Origin: Raillietiella orientalis | Lineage: Eukaryota | Assembly: GCA_036172245.1 (NCBI GenBank) | Contig: JAYWIR010000010.1 | Coordinates: 4,774,001 to 4,838,000 of the forward strand | Direction: 5' to 3' | Length of the DNA stretch: 64,000 nucleotides | Part shown: piece by piece, positions 26,708 to 40,599 of the stretch | How positions within the stretch are numbered: position 1 is the stretch's first letter | Layout of the letters: the number at the start of each line of letters is the position of its first letter | Position numbers and translations under genes: made by a program | Notes under the pieces: model-generated | What the model saw: the letters and a program-made list of their open reading frames with translations, nothing else | The model's database searches: none | Told to the model about the DNA's origin: nothing

Positions 26708-26861
26708 CGATGAGGTACGAATACCCGTCCGCATTCAGCAGGCACCTGCTCCAGGGTGTGCTCCTGCGCCTGCCGCGCTCGGCACTTTGGGCGGGCTTGA
26801 CGTCGGGCTCGCTGCTGCTCTTCCTCGACCTTTGCGCAGAGCTTCCGCCGGACTCATCCAT
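26708..26861 (-). CDS. Candidate first coding exon (MDESGGSSAQRSRKSSSEPDVK...YSYLI)
   Basis: ATG at 26861, open 154 nt, ending at consensus donor G|GTGAGT in phase 1, compatible with the 21540-21611 exon. CpG-rich context; no homology recognised. Confidence 0.25.
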
Positions 26862-27449
26862 TCAGGGACAGCCGGCGCTTCCCGCAGCGTCGCATCCGAG
26901 ATCTCTCGCACGTGTGTGTGTGTGTGCGCGCGCGAGGATGGAGGGGGAAGGAGGGGGCGGGAATCAAGCTCTCGAGAAGCACAGCGTCGTCGGGCGGCGA
27001 TCCGCGGCACGGGTTCCTCCCGCGGAGTGCCGATCTTCACAGGTAGCGAGAGTACAATCTGCGGAGAGCTCCTCATCGGCAGGACGGCATTCGCGTGCGC
27101 GCGCGCCGGCAGCGCCATCCAGATGCCGGGAAGGAAAACTCACATCTGCGCTCCGCGATCATGGATCTCCGGTTGCCAAGGATAGGTGGGAAGGCGAGAG
27201 TTTTCTCACATTCATCCCCATCCCGTTCTCCCTGCTCCTCTGCAGATTCGTCTCACGAGCTTGCGTTAACTGGGGAGGGGGGAGGACTCGGCGAGAAGAA
27301 GAGGGTCTCCAGCGCCGTTGCCCTCTCCCTGCGGTGAGAGGGATCTCACAAGGCAGACGACCTGAGTGCGGGGCCATGAGCTGTTTCGACCCAGGGAGGG
27401 GAGGATGGTGGGTTGCACGGCGGCCGTCCCATCAAGGATTGGATTTCGA

Positions 27450-28430
27450 GACGACAGCACGGGCGCTCCCGTTAAACCCGTAGGCAAACTGGTCGGCAAG
27501 GTCGCCTCCTCCCTCACAGCAAGCGACGGGGTCACGTGCGGGCGCTTGGAACCGACGCGCAGCATGACCGTAGAGTGCCAGGAAAGAAGGCGCGTGATGA
27601 CTTCCACTCCTGCGAACTCCCCATCCCTCCCCCTTTCTTACCCTCCCCGGCAGGGCGTGTTGGTGCCTTCGCCCCAGAGGGGTACGGAGAAAATGGCGGG
27701 AAACCCGGACGCACCGCAAAGGGGAAAAATCGGCCAAGAGATTCCCGGATCTGCAAACGTGGGGAGGAGGAGGTTTTGGTACCTATTCCTCCGCTCCTAC
27801 TTCGGAGAAGCTGCATCGGATGCTGAGGAGAGCCCAAACTTCGGATGGGATCCGATACCGGCCTCCCCTAATGGCTGTCATCATGTTCCACTCCTTAAAT
27901 CAAATCTTATCTGCAACTTTCCCGTAAGAACCGGAGATAAGAGTGACTCGCACCAACTGGATCTCTCCGGAAGTTCATTCTTTCCTCCCTCTTCCTCTTT
28001 CCACTGGGGATCCCCTTTCCTTTACCCGGTGCCCTATAAACTCAGCATCCAATTCCAAAAAATTCATCTGATATTGCCCTTTCGCCTCCTTCATTCTCAG
28101 GGAGAGAGAGATGGGAAAAAAGGAGAAAATCTTTCCGGGGACACCGCAGAAAATTCCGCGGTAGTGGCGGGAATCGTCACCCGCGCAGAATAGGTGGAAC
28201 TTCTGGGGTTGAGGGATCGATCCGGAGAAAACGCAAAACCCTGGGAAGCTGCGCCTCAGAGCTGCCCTTCAGATGCTTCAGAACATCTGTGCGAGGTGAA
28301 CGCAGCAGCAGCCGCGAGCGGGGAGGCCTGGCAGGCAACGGTCGTCCGACGCTCCCTGGCGCTTTCCGAGGGAAGAGGGAAAGCCGCAAAGGAATGCCCT
28401 TGGACGGAGATTCTTCCTTGGCTTGAGAGG
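27450..28430 (+). mobile_element. Possible very decayed LINE ORF1
   Basis: Knuckle-like remnants AKPWEAAPQSCP and GRGKAAKECP (~28230-28400). Weak. Confidence 0.25.
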
Positions 28431-29559
28431 GCGAGGGCGCTGGAGGAGAAGGCAGCTCTCCCCCAAACCTCCGAATCTGGATGCGTAGCATCAGTACGCC
28501 CGCAGGAGAGCGTTTCCCGGGATGAACGCAAGCGCTCGCGCGACAGCGGAAGTGGGAGAGGGGGAGGGGGAAGAGAGAGAACTCCAGCGGATCTTCCGGA
28601 AGCTGTGCTGGAATTGAGCTCCTTTGCAAGACCGCAAACCTCGGCACCTTCTCCCACGCCCGAAGCATCGAAGAGGTCGGTTTCACGAACGTGGAACCCC
28701 CGGCTTCCCGCCCTATTTTTTGTCAGCAAGAGACGTGAGGCACGAAGTGCACGACGTATGGTATCCATCCGACTCAGAATCCTCACTTCGCCACTTTCTG
28801 GAATCTTCTTCCCTCGCCGATCCGAAGATGGAAAGACGCGCCAAAAAAAAAAAAAGATAGAAGGAAAGAAGGAGAGAAGGGGAGAGAGAAGAAGAAGATT
28901 AGGAGGAAAGTCTGAAGGCTGTGGTGTGACGGTGCCGCGCAACTGAGAAAATCACCATCATCATGGCAGGATAGGGGCGGAGTGGGCTGCTCCCAGAACC
29001 GAGCGCCGCGCAGTGCGTTTCTTCCGAGCTCGCCCAGTCTAGGTGCCCCTCACGGCACGTGCGCGCGCCGAATACCTGCGCAGCTTGAAGCTCGCGCGTG
29101 CCGCCCTGCGGGGCCGCGATCGTTCTCGTTCGGAAGGAGGCGAAGGTGCAGAGGACTCCGTGGAGCCACGATCCCTTGGTGGCTGCCGAAGCGGCTTCCG
29201 GCCTCGGCGGACGCTGGCCCCACTAGAAGAAAGCGTCGCCAGAGACTTTCGATCGCCTCGAAAAAAGAATGCGTCATCCCGCTATCATAATTGCTGCTCC
29301 TGCACTGCCCATAAAGTTCGCTGATCGCGTGGACGACTTCCCACTTCCCTTCCCGAAGAACGGTCGAGAACGTCGCTTCTCGAAATCCACTCCGCTTCGC
29401 GTGCGCGCACGCGTTTTCCTGGCTTCCGCGACGTGCGCGGTGCTTCCGTTTCACACATCCCATCGGATGGTGAGAAGAAAAGGAAAGACTTCAGAACCCT
29501 CCCCGGTCTCCTGTCAGTCATCGCGCCTTCCACGAGGCCTCAAGGCATCCTTTATCCGT

Positions 29560-30455
29560 TCCTAGGGGAAGGATGCAGCCCCATCGAGTCTCCTTGAATC
29601 TCTCAGGAGAGCGTAGTCGAGGGCAGAGCCCGTGCCTGGAAACCCAGCCCCAAATTCTCGCGGCCGTAAGGAGGAGACTGCGATGCTGCTGGAGCTCGGA
29701 GGCTCTGCCATGCAGAAGGCCTGCGCCGGAGGCTTTGTGGTTAATGGTGGTCTCCGCGCGTGACACCAAGCGTCCGAAAGAAATCGACGCAGTGAGTCGT
29801 GGGTTCGGGTTCTTCCTTCAAGATGACGCTGGTTAGCCGATATTCGTTCGGGTACGTCACTGGTAGCGGTTAAAACCAGATGCCCCTGATGAGTGGCCGC
29901 GACAATAGGAGTCGACCTTCGTGTCCTTCCAGGAATCAAGGAGTTGGAGGGAGTTCCTCCACCGATTGTGCAAAAGAGCCCCAATGTGAGGGATCCCCCC
30001 GCATCGTACTGATGGAGTAGGTGTGTAGCCACCTGTCCAGGGAGTGCAAAGAAGCAAAGCGATCCCTTCGGGGAAGCTGCGCCCTTCTGAATTTCGGAAG
30101 CGTCCCTTCTGGGTTCTCTTCAGAGGAGTAAAAACAGGAGCAGATCCCTAGTGGGATTCCCTCCGGAGAATGGATTCCAGGATCAGACCCTTTCCGGGTT
30201 CCCTTCAGAGAAGAAAGAATATGGAGGATCCCCCCGGAGGTTCTCCGGAGAGAATAAGGAAGGAGATTCCCTTCTGGATTCCCCTTCGGAGACAACCAGA
30301 GTGGAGGTGATCTCCATTTCTGAAGATCCCTCCCCAGGCGCGATAGGAACAGACCCGGAATCCTTCCTGGTTACATAGAGCGGATCCCTCCCGGAGAACC
30401 CCCCTATCTTGAAAGGTTACCAGACGCGTCCTCGGGTGGCGTGGAGCAGTGTACA
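29560..30455 (-). mobile_element. Tx1-family 5' module and ORF1 start
   Basis: 30035-30450 aligns with 42525-42890 and 54350-54760. 29730-29845 aligns with 54163-54290 and 42260-42320. Shared peptide LLDSWKD. Confidence 0.65.
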
Positions 30456-32849
30456 GAGCTGCGAAGCAGTGCTGCAGAGGCGGTGCTTCTGGAGCTCTGC
30501 CCCGCAGCGCGGAAGCAGCCAGACCTCCTGCATGAGGCGATTTCCAAAATACGCGTTGTAAAAGCTTTCTCCCGTCCCCAGAAACCGGGTCTCCCGGAGG
30601 AGACAGGAGTCTCCGGGGTCTTGGAACGACGCTCTGGGGGTCGCGTCCACTGGAAATTCGCCAGCAGCTGAAGGAGGGAACCTGCGGAAAGCCGGAAGGA
30701 AAATTTCCCTCCTCGGCTCTCCTGGCGAAAGGCGGGGAAGAGCGAAGTCTCGTGTGCGGCCGCGAAGCGCGCGAGTTCTTTCCGCTTTGTTTAGCCCTGT
30801 GGTTCTCTGGAGGCTCCGTGCTGCGCAGGTTCGCCGAACGGTCAGCCACGGGCGGGAAGCGCCCGTGGCTGCAGCTACGGTCCGCTGCCCAGAAGCTGTC
30901 CAGGATCCAGATGGAGCAGCCCGCCACTTCGCTTGGCAAAAACGGCTGGAGGCATCCTTTTGAACATTCCTGCAGGATACTGAGGCCAAAATGAGGTGGC
31001 AGAGGGATCGATGACCGAGTCGGAAGCACCTAAAGTGCAGGCAGCCATTCGAGGCACCGACTCCAAGAGCGAGCTCTTCACGTGTTTTCTCCGAACTGAA
31101 GAGTCCTTGAGGAGAGGCTGAGAAAAGCTCCGAATCCGCGCGTTCCGATATGGCTGCAAGATAAACAAGGAGGCGCGCGCGTGCCTTCAGACGGAATGGG
31201 GGGAGGGGGTCTGTGACGTTCTCCAGTGCGTCTTCAAGAGGTGATCGCAAGCTCCGCGTCCTCCAAGAAAGGTAAGGTTTCGTAGTCACGGTTGCCCTGC
31301 TCTTGAAAATTTCATCACCGGAATCTTTGGGAGCGGTCTGTTCGGTGGGGAAGGGGGAGAAAGAAGGGAAGGAGGGAGGGCACCAAAATAGATCGGGGGC
31401 TCCATGCTGACGAGACGTGTCGCAGATGTGAGGTGCTTTCCGCGGAAGTTTATTCTCTCTTTGGGAGACGGCTGAAGACCTCTTTCCCAAGGAACCAATC
31501 ACGAATCGGTGCTCGTTCGCTGTACTGCCATCAACATGTGATCCTTTCTTGATCGCAAAGCAAGATAAAGAAATGCAGCGCTCCCACCCACAGATTTTTT
31601 TTTTTTTTTTCAGGACGAGCCGTGGCGGAGATGCGAGCTCTTCACGTTTGCCACTGTCGCTGACGACGATGGCAGTGGTGGCGCATGGAAACAAGCTCTG
31701 CGAGGTGAGCTTTTCAAACTCCCGCAACTCGCGGCACTCCCTCGAAACAGGGTTTCCAAGGCGCGCGCGCCATCCCCATCCGGGAACCGCTCCTCGATGC
31801 GAAGCGCGTCTCCAGTCTCAGCTTGCTAGAGGGTGGATGAAGGGGAAAAGGGTAGGACCCAGTCTCATGGGCAGTTGCATCCTCGCACGCCTACCCCTTC
31901 ATAGGGAAGAAGGGGTTTCTCTCCACATCACACCCGAGCCCCGCGTGCCATCTAGCGGGGATCGACGGTACTGTTTTCGCTCTTCGAAGCGTCCGCCGCT
32001 GCTGGGAACTCGGAGTCGGCGTGGCACGGTTTACGCGTTTTCTCAAGGCACGTGAGTGAAACGGGAGAGGAAGGGAGCAGCAGCAGGGCAAGCTCCAGCT
32101 TTGCATTGATGCCACCTGATTGGGCGAAAGGCAGAAGACTTCGGCCTACATTGAAAGGCGCGCTTCCTGAACACAAAGTGTTCCCCCGAACACTTGGGGA
32201 AAAAGGAAGGAGGAACCCGCTGCCGTGACTCCCTCACGGCAAGAAATAAAAATAAAAATAAATGGAAGTCCATTTTCTCTCCCTTAGTAAATGAAGAGTA
32301 GACGCTTCCTCTTCCTTCATTTTCGATTTCAGACCCAGGAAGTCCCCGTTTCAACCCCCCTCCCCCTCCCTCTGCTGCCGGGTAAGGAAAACCTCCTAAG
32401 GAAATCCGTGCGAGGAGGACACGTGCGAAGCTCCGCCTCCGCAAACCGAAACCTCCCCAGACGATGAGCTCGCAAAGCTTCGCCCGCTCGCTCAATCTTC
32501 CCGCGAGCTGCTTTCGGGAGCAGTTCCTGCGCGGGAGCGCACGTCACTGGCAACCCGCATCCCGTCTGCTCCGCGAGGAGACGAGTTCACCCGTCTGTAC
32601 CGGGAGAGCCTGGAGAGGAAGACTCACCAGGACCCGGGGGCGCGGCAGTGGCGACTGCCCTCCTTGAGCTGCCGGGTCGACCGGCCCTCTTCCGCAACGC
32701 GTGCAAGCGAAGCCGAGGCTGTTACAAAGAGGACCCGAACTGCCCGCGGCTTCTGGAAAATGCTTCGGCGCATTTTACTTCCGGGGTCGTCCACCGACCC
32801 TGGTGAGGGCAGCAGGACGACCTGGTTAGAACCGAAGCCGAGATCCGGT

Positions 32850-34150
32850 GACCGTTCCTGACGAGACGGATTGCTGCTCCATCGTGCAGACTCCTGTGGA
32901 GGTGCGTATACGAATTCCTAGAGACTCACGCGAGTCCACTGGAGGATTCCCGGAGTCCATGCGCTTTCCTGGAAAGCGGAACTCTCGATTTCGAGATGGG
33001 ATGGCACTTCGAGGCCGCGCAGCACCAGCGAAAGACGCCACGGTTCTTTCGAGGAATTCGCGCTTATCCCGAGTCCGCCTCCAAAAGAATTGCGGCAACC
33101 AAAGTTCCCTTTCGTGCCCCTCCCCTCCCCGGCGCTCGGGAAACGGCGAAGCTTCCCGACTCTGCTCCCTGAAGTGCAAGCTGCTCAGAACGATGATACA
33201 AACTAGTACGATGAATGCTTATCGGCTGAGGCCCTCTACGTGGCTCACTTTCCTTTTGATTTAGAGCGCCGCCACTGACGGTCACCTGCACCCTGGATCA
33301 CAGACGGACATCAGCGGACGGTCGAAACCCAGCGTTTGTTTCGCGTCCCACAAAGGTGGAACCACCGTGGCTCCTGGATGCAAAAATCACCGCTGCGCGG
33401 ATGTTGTGTAACGTGCAGCTTCCCATCGTGACCGCGAGCGCTCTTGAGTCGCGGCGCTTCGGTTCGGCGGCGAGTCGAGAAAATCGGCGTCGATACGGAA
33501 CCGGAAGCGCGCGCGAGTGGCGGCTGCTTGTCGACGTAGTCAGCTTACAGGACGTGTTGCGACCGGAACCCTCTCCTGCCAATCGCTCTGGTTTCAGATG
33601 TTCCACATGCAAAGCGATGAAAGTTTAAAGACCCAGCCAACCGATGTTGAGCCAGCGAGGTTGAAAAGGGAAGATAGATAAATAAATTCATCTCCGACGT
33701 CGAAAAGCGAGACATTGAAGCATCGACGAGACCGCGAGGTAGAAAGAAGGAAGGCCAAAAAAGTTCGAGCAGAGTCGGTTTCCCGAAAGACTCCAGCATC
33801 CCCAGCATCGGGAATCTTGGAGTCGCCTGACACCCCCCCCGCGACCTCATTCCCCGATGAGATTAGCCTCGGGAAGCGCTGGTGTTTGCTCTATCTTCAC
33901 TTTGGTCCCCTCAACTTTGCTCGCTGGAGACGTCTGAGCGGACAGAAAAGTGAAGAAAGAAAAAGCTCTTTCTCCGCCAGCCGGTTGAGGAACCACAGAT
34001 GGAGAGGCTTTTCGCGAGCATTCCCAACTCATCATGTCACTCCGGATGTTTACATATGGGGCTGTAGAATGAAGATAACTTGCGAAAAAGAGAAAGAAAG
34101 ACCACCCTGTGAGAGAAGAACGATCCCGAGTGTGAGTTCCGTCCGATCGA
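32850..34150 (+). mobile_element. Decayed Tx1-like ORF1 and EN start
   Basis: GGFPESMRFPGKRNS (~vG..nI..asRMN), EPPWLLDAKITAA..VQLPI (~NVPPfi.d...spi), FRCSTC knuckle (~33593), HFGPLNFARWRR (~igslNinG.R) and FPTH (~QETH). Confidence 0.45.
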
Positions 34151-37100
34151 AAGTCGGAAGTGGGTTCCGTCACCCCGCAGGATATTCCCCAACTTGGTTT
34201 GCCGACAGCAGCAGCAGTGGGAAACGCGACCGATCAGGGGAAGAGCCCTCCACGCTCCTGCAGCACGCAGAACCACTCTGCTCCGCTGCTTCCACTCCTC
34301 CTCTACGTCGAACGGGGCGCGTCCTCGTGGAGATCGCGGTCTCCTCCCTTTCCGCTGGTAGAAGAATTTCCGCTGGCAACAGACACACGACTTCGAACAG
34401 AGAATGATGGTTCGTGGATTTCTGATATTCAGACCCCCAACACATCTTTCTTGCGTGCTCGGGATTCATTAGAGCATGGGAATCTCCTTCAGAAAAAAAA
34501 AAAAAAATTCATAATTCAAATTCTAATTTCAGCGTCATTGCAATACGCAGCATTTAAGGATCCGTTTTAGATAATGGACGATCGCAGAAGCTGGAATTCG
34601 CAGCTGGATCGAATAAATGCGGGCAGCACGCGTTGATTCATACGAAAGTTCCTTCATTACGAGGCGGAGAGAAAGTAGCTCATCATGAGCGTTTTGAAGG
34701 CTCCATCCCAGCGATCCGTCTTCATAAAGTGGTAAGTAACAAATGATTGCCTCGCATGAGAATGGCATTCAGCTGATCAGTGGCTGATGCTCATTGCCGC
34801 GGTAGCTCCTTCCTCTGCGGTCCTCGTGAAGATCAATAACTGATGGAAGATGACTACGAGAAAACACTTTGCTGCTCCCTTAATCACATGCCAGATCACT
34901 TCTCCATCATCTCTGCAATCCGGTGTTTGAACATCAACGAGTGTTCGGGCACCGGATACTATTTAAGTACTTTGACACTATTTAGAACCTTTGTGGCACA
35001 CCCTGATCAACAGCCACGCTTATATCTATGAAAGTGCCCACAGTTTCCTTGGAATTCTTGGAGCAAGGCGTGATGATTTGATGCTAATGATGATACACTA
35101 CACAAACACGGATTTTGTGCTTTACGATTGCGCTTCCAGAGTTACGGCATCTTTCTCTAGGGAGAAGCCCTTTTAGGAGTGGAAGGTAACAAAGAAGATG
35201 AGCCAGTGATGCCAGCTTCAAAGTACATCTGCCATGAACGATGATTATATCTGTTGGTTACATTTCACGTTTCATCCTAAGATGAGCTCTAGTTTCCTTA
35301 TCAGCATCTTTGTTGAATATTGGGAACCCGTGAATCACCTTAAAATACTCAGATGAAGTGTGGATCACTCGATCCTCGTAGCAATGTAGCATAAAGCCTG
35401 CCTCCACACAAATGAGAAGCAGCGGGGGAAGTGGATGCAGACGTACCGTGGTCCCCCGTATAACGCGTTCCTCGTCCTACCACTCCGCGTTATACGAGAC
35501 CTATGCCTCCCGTGTGGGTAGCGTCATGGTAGTTGCGAAAGATTGTGACATCAGAATATTTATTATTTCACTTCAAAGCAAAAGGAAAAAAAATGGAAAG
35601 TGTTTATTCACTATTCAACTTGAAAAGAGCTTTTAGAGTTTTATCGATCTGGATTCAGTTTGAATCCGTTTAAATTACGATTGTTATCCTTCCTCTCAGG
35701 AAAGATCAAAAATGTGTCCTCCGAATTCGACCACGGTCGCCTTGGCTTCCCGGGCAGCCGTCCCGTTGCGTGGCAAAGCGAACCGATTTGCGCGGTGCTG
35801 CATTCATTTTGTCAGCAATGCCGAAACCGACTTGAAGCCCTCTGTCGCCTGCACTCGAATCCGACTGCAGTCGAGCCGCAAATCGAGGCTTCGAAACTCG
35901 TGCTGGTCCCTTTCTGAGCATCCTGGCATGTGTCCATGGTGCTCCTCTGAACGGATGCCTGCGTGCTTTCCCCGCCGAATTCGCGCGGAGGTACGTAAGG
36001 GTGGTGTCAAAGCGTTGCAAACCCCAAGACAAGTTGCCCATTACAATCTCGAATTTCTCATCTTCCCTGATGCCCACACAGCAATGTCGCTTTCATTTCC
36101 AGAAAAAAATAAAAATATTTTTTGGTTTTTTGGTTTCGCAAGAATGTGCAGATGCTGCAAAACATGCAACTGCAACGAAAAGCCTTCAGTTTTGTTTCAT
36201 TCCACCCTGCTTCATAAATCCATTGACAGCTTCGGATAAAGTTGACTCTTCGGCTAGCGAGAGCCCCTAGAGCTACCAAGGAGGAAACTCTTCTCTTTGG
36301 TTCTGCCCAGCCTGAGTGCTGCGAGCTCAGGTCATCACGCGGACACCTTGGGACTGCCGGCAACCTCGTCAACTCCAATGACAAATCTACACAATCCGAC
36401 ATAGCGAACAGCCTAAAATTCTCGCCATAAATCCCGAGATCCACATCGTGCATTGCATTGCTGGGAGGAGAGATGCTGTGCATCTATCGAGCACGGGCTC
36501 CATGAAACGATCGTGTCTTAGCATCACCGACAAAAAACACCGATAAAGTACGGTGTTAAACCCTCGCCGATCGCGATCTCTAATGCACACAACACGGTGA
36601 GAATCGAGCAGCCGAAGGGCATTACGCTTGCCGTACCATCTCGTTGTCACCATGGAATCCTACAAGTGTCCCACCCCCCTTCCACCCCTCCTTCTTCAGA
36701 AGGTCTGTTCGCTTTTCGTCTAAACATCTTCTGGTTTGTTCGATGCCACCAACAGCTGGAGAGTTCAAAATTCTGATAGTCCTTTAGCGCTTCCGTTTTG
36801 TAAAGCCGTTTCGATTAAGCATTCTTCGTGGTACTTCTGTTAGATTCTGCAGTCATCTTCTGCATCCGTGAAACATTTCTTATATAACACAATCTTCGTT
36901 TAAATACAATCACTTTTTTTTAAAAGTCTAACGGACAGAGAAATCGCCCTAAACTATTGTCATTCACGTGGAAACTTGATAAAGCACTTTGACGAGCTGT
37001 ACGTCGCTACCCATGTATGCTAAGCATTTGAAATGATGACACTGCAAGCTCATAATTCTTGAGCGAGTTCCCTACAAGCACTGGTCCAAGCGTGTTGAAA

Positions 37101-40100
37101 ACGGACACTACTTTAATTCCCCGCTACAAACATAGATGTCTCTACGAAAACACGTGTGGTACTCGAAATTCTAGCATTACATCGCATATCACCCAATAAG
37201 GTGTATCCATATTTCGTTGAAAACTGGTATAAGGAATGCTCGCGCGACACCAACCTAAAGCATTACCCAAGTACAGCATTTCCAGCTGGAATGAATTTTC
37301 GTCTACGCAACGATTTGTGTTGCTATGGTCTCCAGTTTACGTCTCCCTTCTGGTGGTGTCTGGATCTCATAATTTCTATATTTCAGTCTCTTAGTGTCTT
37401 TTCTGGAATGCCTATCTTCTGTCTCATTGCAGATATTACCGCTGAGATCTCTCCAGCTCACTCCCAATTCACATTTCACTCTGTAGAGCCACCTCATTTC
37501 GCTCTTACCATAGCTCCATATTTTTCTCTGGGTTCTTTTATTCGAGGCTCTACAACCACTTCCTTTCGTTGACTGATGCACTCTTGTTTAAGACAAACGC
37601 TGTCCGTATGTAAAATAACTTTTGCTGGACATTCTTAACATCCTGAGCTCGGTGGACAATTAGAGTGCACAGTAAGTCTTTCTTAGGATGAAGCTCCGAA
37701 ACCATTACATCAGTGTCACCGCACGCAGCAACGAAGGTCAGAGAACGTCCACGAGTTTTAAAGGAAAAGGAAATTTAGAGAAAATACACTCGGGGATTTG
37801 CGATACCTGTCAATGCTTCTTCTTTCAGTCCTATAGCACTTTCCTTCTTTTAAACCCTAACCACATTTCCGTGCTCAGCTACAACCTTTTTTCCTTTTCG
37901 AATGTGTGGGGGGAGGGGGGAGGCTACATATATTAGTAGTGCGGTTCTCAAGACGTCTTTTGCTTTCGGAAATATCTAAACCGAAATGGGTCTAATCATC
38001 ATCAGCAGGTGCCAGTAAACTCACCGACTTTCTCTATGATCGCTCACATTCATTCCTAAGAACCCATTTCAGAATTTTCATTTACAATTCGTGTTTTCTT
38101 AAAAACAAGCAATTTATTAAAGGAAAAAAAAAAAGAAGGAAAGGAAGAAAAACACTTGAAAACTGCAATTTTACTTTTTCCATTTCACTAATCTTAGAGG
38201 AGTAATTATTTTGACAGCTCTTTTTCGAAAGCCGAAGAAAGCAAGGACATGTTTTTTCGAGAAAAGGAACGCTCCCCTTTTTCGTCGCTTCTGTTTTTCG
38301 ATAAGGATGTCTTCTGTATTTGTGATTACAGAGCATCGTGTGTTGAAGAGGATGAAGTAGTGAGGAAGAAAGTTAAATGGATTATGCGGCCTAAGCCAAG
38401 ATTTCACAAGTTTACTTCCCTATTTGTCTTTTGTTCCCTTGCTGGTCACATCAGCAAGCTAATCCAGTTCTCCTGATTGAGATCCTACGACTTGGGTCCC
38501 ACTGTCAGCACAAAGTTCCCTATCCCGGTCCTCCGCTCTCTAGCTTCCAGGTTGCTGCAGCAAAACAAACGGATGCCCGTTTGCTTTCTACTAACTAGGC
38601 AGTCGGTGCGACCAATGCGGAGGAGGCGAATCGGCAATCGGAAACCAAAGAAGCAAAAGCAAAGAGGAAGTGGATTATCTGACGCTGATACTCGAGAAAC
38701 CTCCCTGTGACTCCAACTTCAAATAATCATCGTGTATCACCCTGGAAAACATTTGCTTTCCCATAAACTCCTGGACTGATCATGGATCCTTGTTCCGTTC
38801 ACGGACCAGAGGGAGAGAGGAAGGGTACGGCGTCGGCACGACCGGGATTTGTACTAACGAAACCTTAACACTGATTCGCATCGCGTTGCATTCCATATTT
38901 ACAACTCTATTGAAACCGCAAAACGGATGCATTACGAGGATGTGAAAATTCAGTATCTGTCCTGGCAACAGTTTCCGCGAAAACAGGAAAAAGGATTCGC
39001 TTCTCAGAAATGCCTTATTGGCAAAAGACGTTGCAACACTTGCTATGTACCAATCATTGTGCGCTTAGGTAAAGCATTCCCAGCATTGCCGATTCTTACA
39101 CGGGTCACAAGGTCAGCTGCAAGACAGCAGCAGGTTAAACTGAGGCCGCAGGTTTAGTGATTCGTGTTTCCTCCGAAAAAGCGCCTGCCTGAATTCGTAA
39201 GTGTGCTGAGGTCGACCAAGTTAGTTTTCTTTTTCGCTATTTTCCGTCATCTCAGCTGTTGTTTGTCGTTCGGTGCATCAGAGGTTAAAGGTGAGTCTGT
39301 TGGTCTCTTTTGAAGCCGGTGGATGTTCAGGGACGAAAGGCAAGCGCGCAACTGCGGCTGTAATCGACCACTCCACGCCTCGATGGAGGGGCTTCTGAAT
39401 GAAGAAGCAAAAGCCGCAGCATATAAATGCACGCACGTGTGTATACACGCATGCGCAAAACACAAAAAACACACACACACACACATGAACACTGCAGGAT
39501 AAATATTTACAAGCGAATGTCCGAAAACGGTGCAAGAGAGATGCTTGTATAAAAACCTCTTTTTAGCAGACATCTCTTTAAGCGATTGACAGCAGCCGAG
39601 TTGAAAATCAGCCTTAAAATTAAAACTCAACATAAATTAGCTCGAAATAACTCTGATATTCCTTGGATAAATTTAGTGACGGAGTAGGGAATCTTAAAAA
39701 AAGCCTACAAAAATCTTCGTTAATGCAGATATTTGGCTTTAATACACACACACACACAATCGACTATCCTTACTGAGAATCTTGCGGTGTGCTTTCCGTA
39801 CATACACAACGATTATCGGATATCCGTAGGTGTTCTCAAACAGTATGGGATGCTTCAGCATCCCATATCGCACATATTTTCTGATGTTCAAAATACTGTG
39901 TTTTGCAGTCCGAAATGATAGATGGCGCATAAGTGATGGCAAGTACATAGAGTATCTGTGACACATCATTTGAGGGATGGAATAAATGATGATTAATACG
40001 GATGAAGGGAGAAGTCGTACTTTTTGTTCATACACCGCATGTTTTCATGTTTACATGACCAATCTGAACAAGCGTAAAACAAGCATTCTGTCTGTAAAAT

Positions 40101-40599
40101 TTGCGAAACAAAATGGGAAGGTTTTGCACCCCTGTGACGTAATGAATCCGAGTTGGCATAATCAGGCTTTAATTTCACAGCCTTCCTTCTGAGGCACAGT
40201 GGTTTACCACGAGAATCGACGATGGCCTTTCAAAGCAAGAAACCCACCAAGTTCTCACCGATGAAGGTTCCCAAATGGAATGGGAACACTTTGCACGGCC
40301 ATCAACTCAACACCCAACTAAAGTAAGCACAAAAGAACCCTTAACACTGGAAGAGCAGGAATACCAAAACAGCCACGCATGAATAATAGCAAAAGAACTT
40401 TCAAAGTTTCCCTCTTCCAAGAGTTATTTCCCATTTGTCCCATTCGTTCAACAGCTGCTATGTTGTCTTCGGGGATAAAGGTTTGCAGGTTTTACAGGTC
40501 ACTTTCTTCCGTGCTTCTTTACATGAGGAAGATGATCAAAAAGTGCATTACACTATGGATATTGCACGACTATTTGAGATGCCGGGAACGTGAATGAAA

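Noticed and set aside
30417..31727. Longest ORF (436 aa) and other long ORFs at 26.4-29 kb
   Set aside because: Arg/Ser/Pro-rich, overlapping in several frames, crossing homopolymers and repeat junctions, with no domain signal. Typical GC-rich noise.
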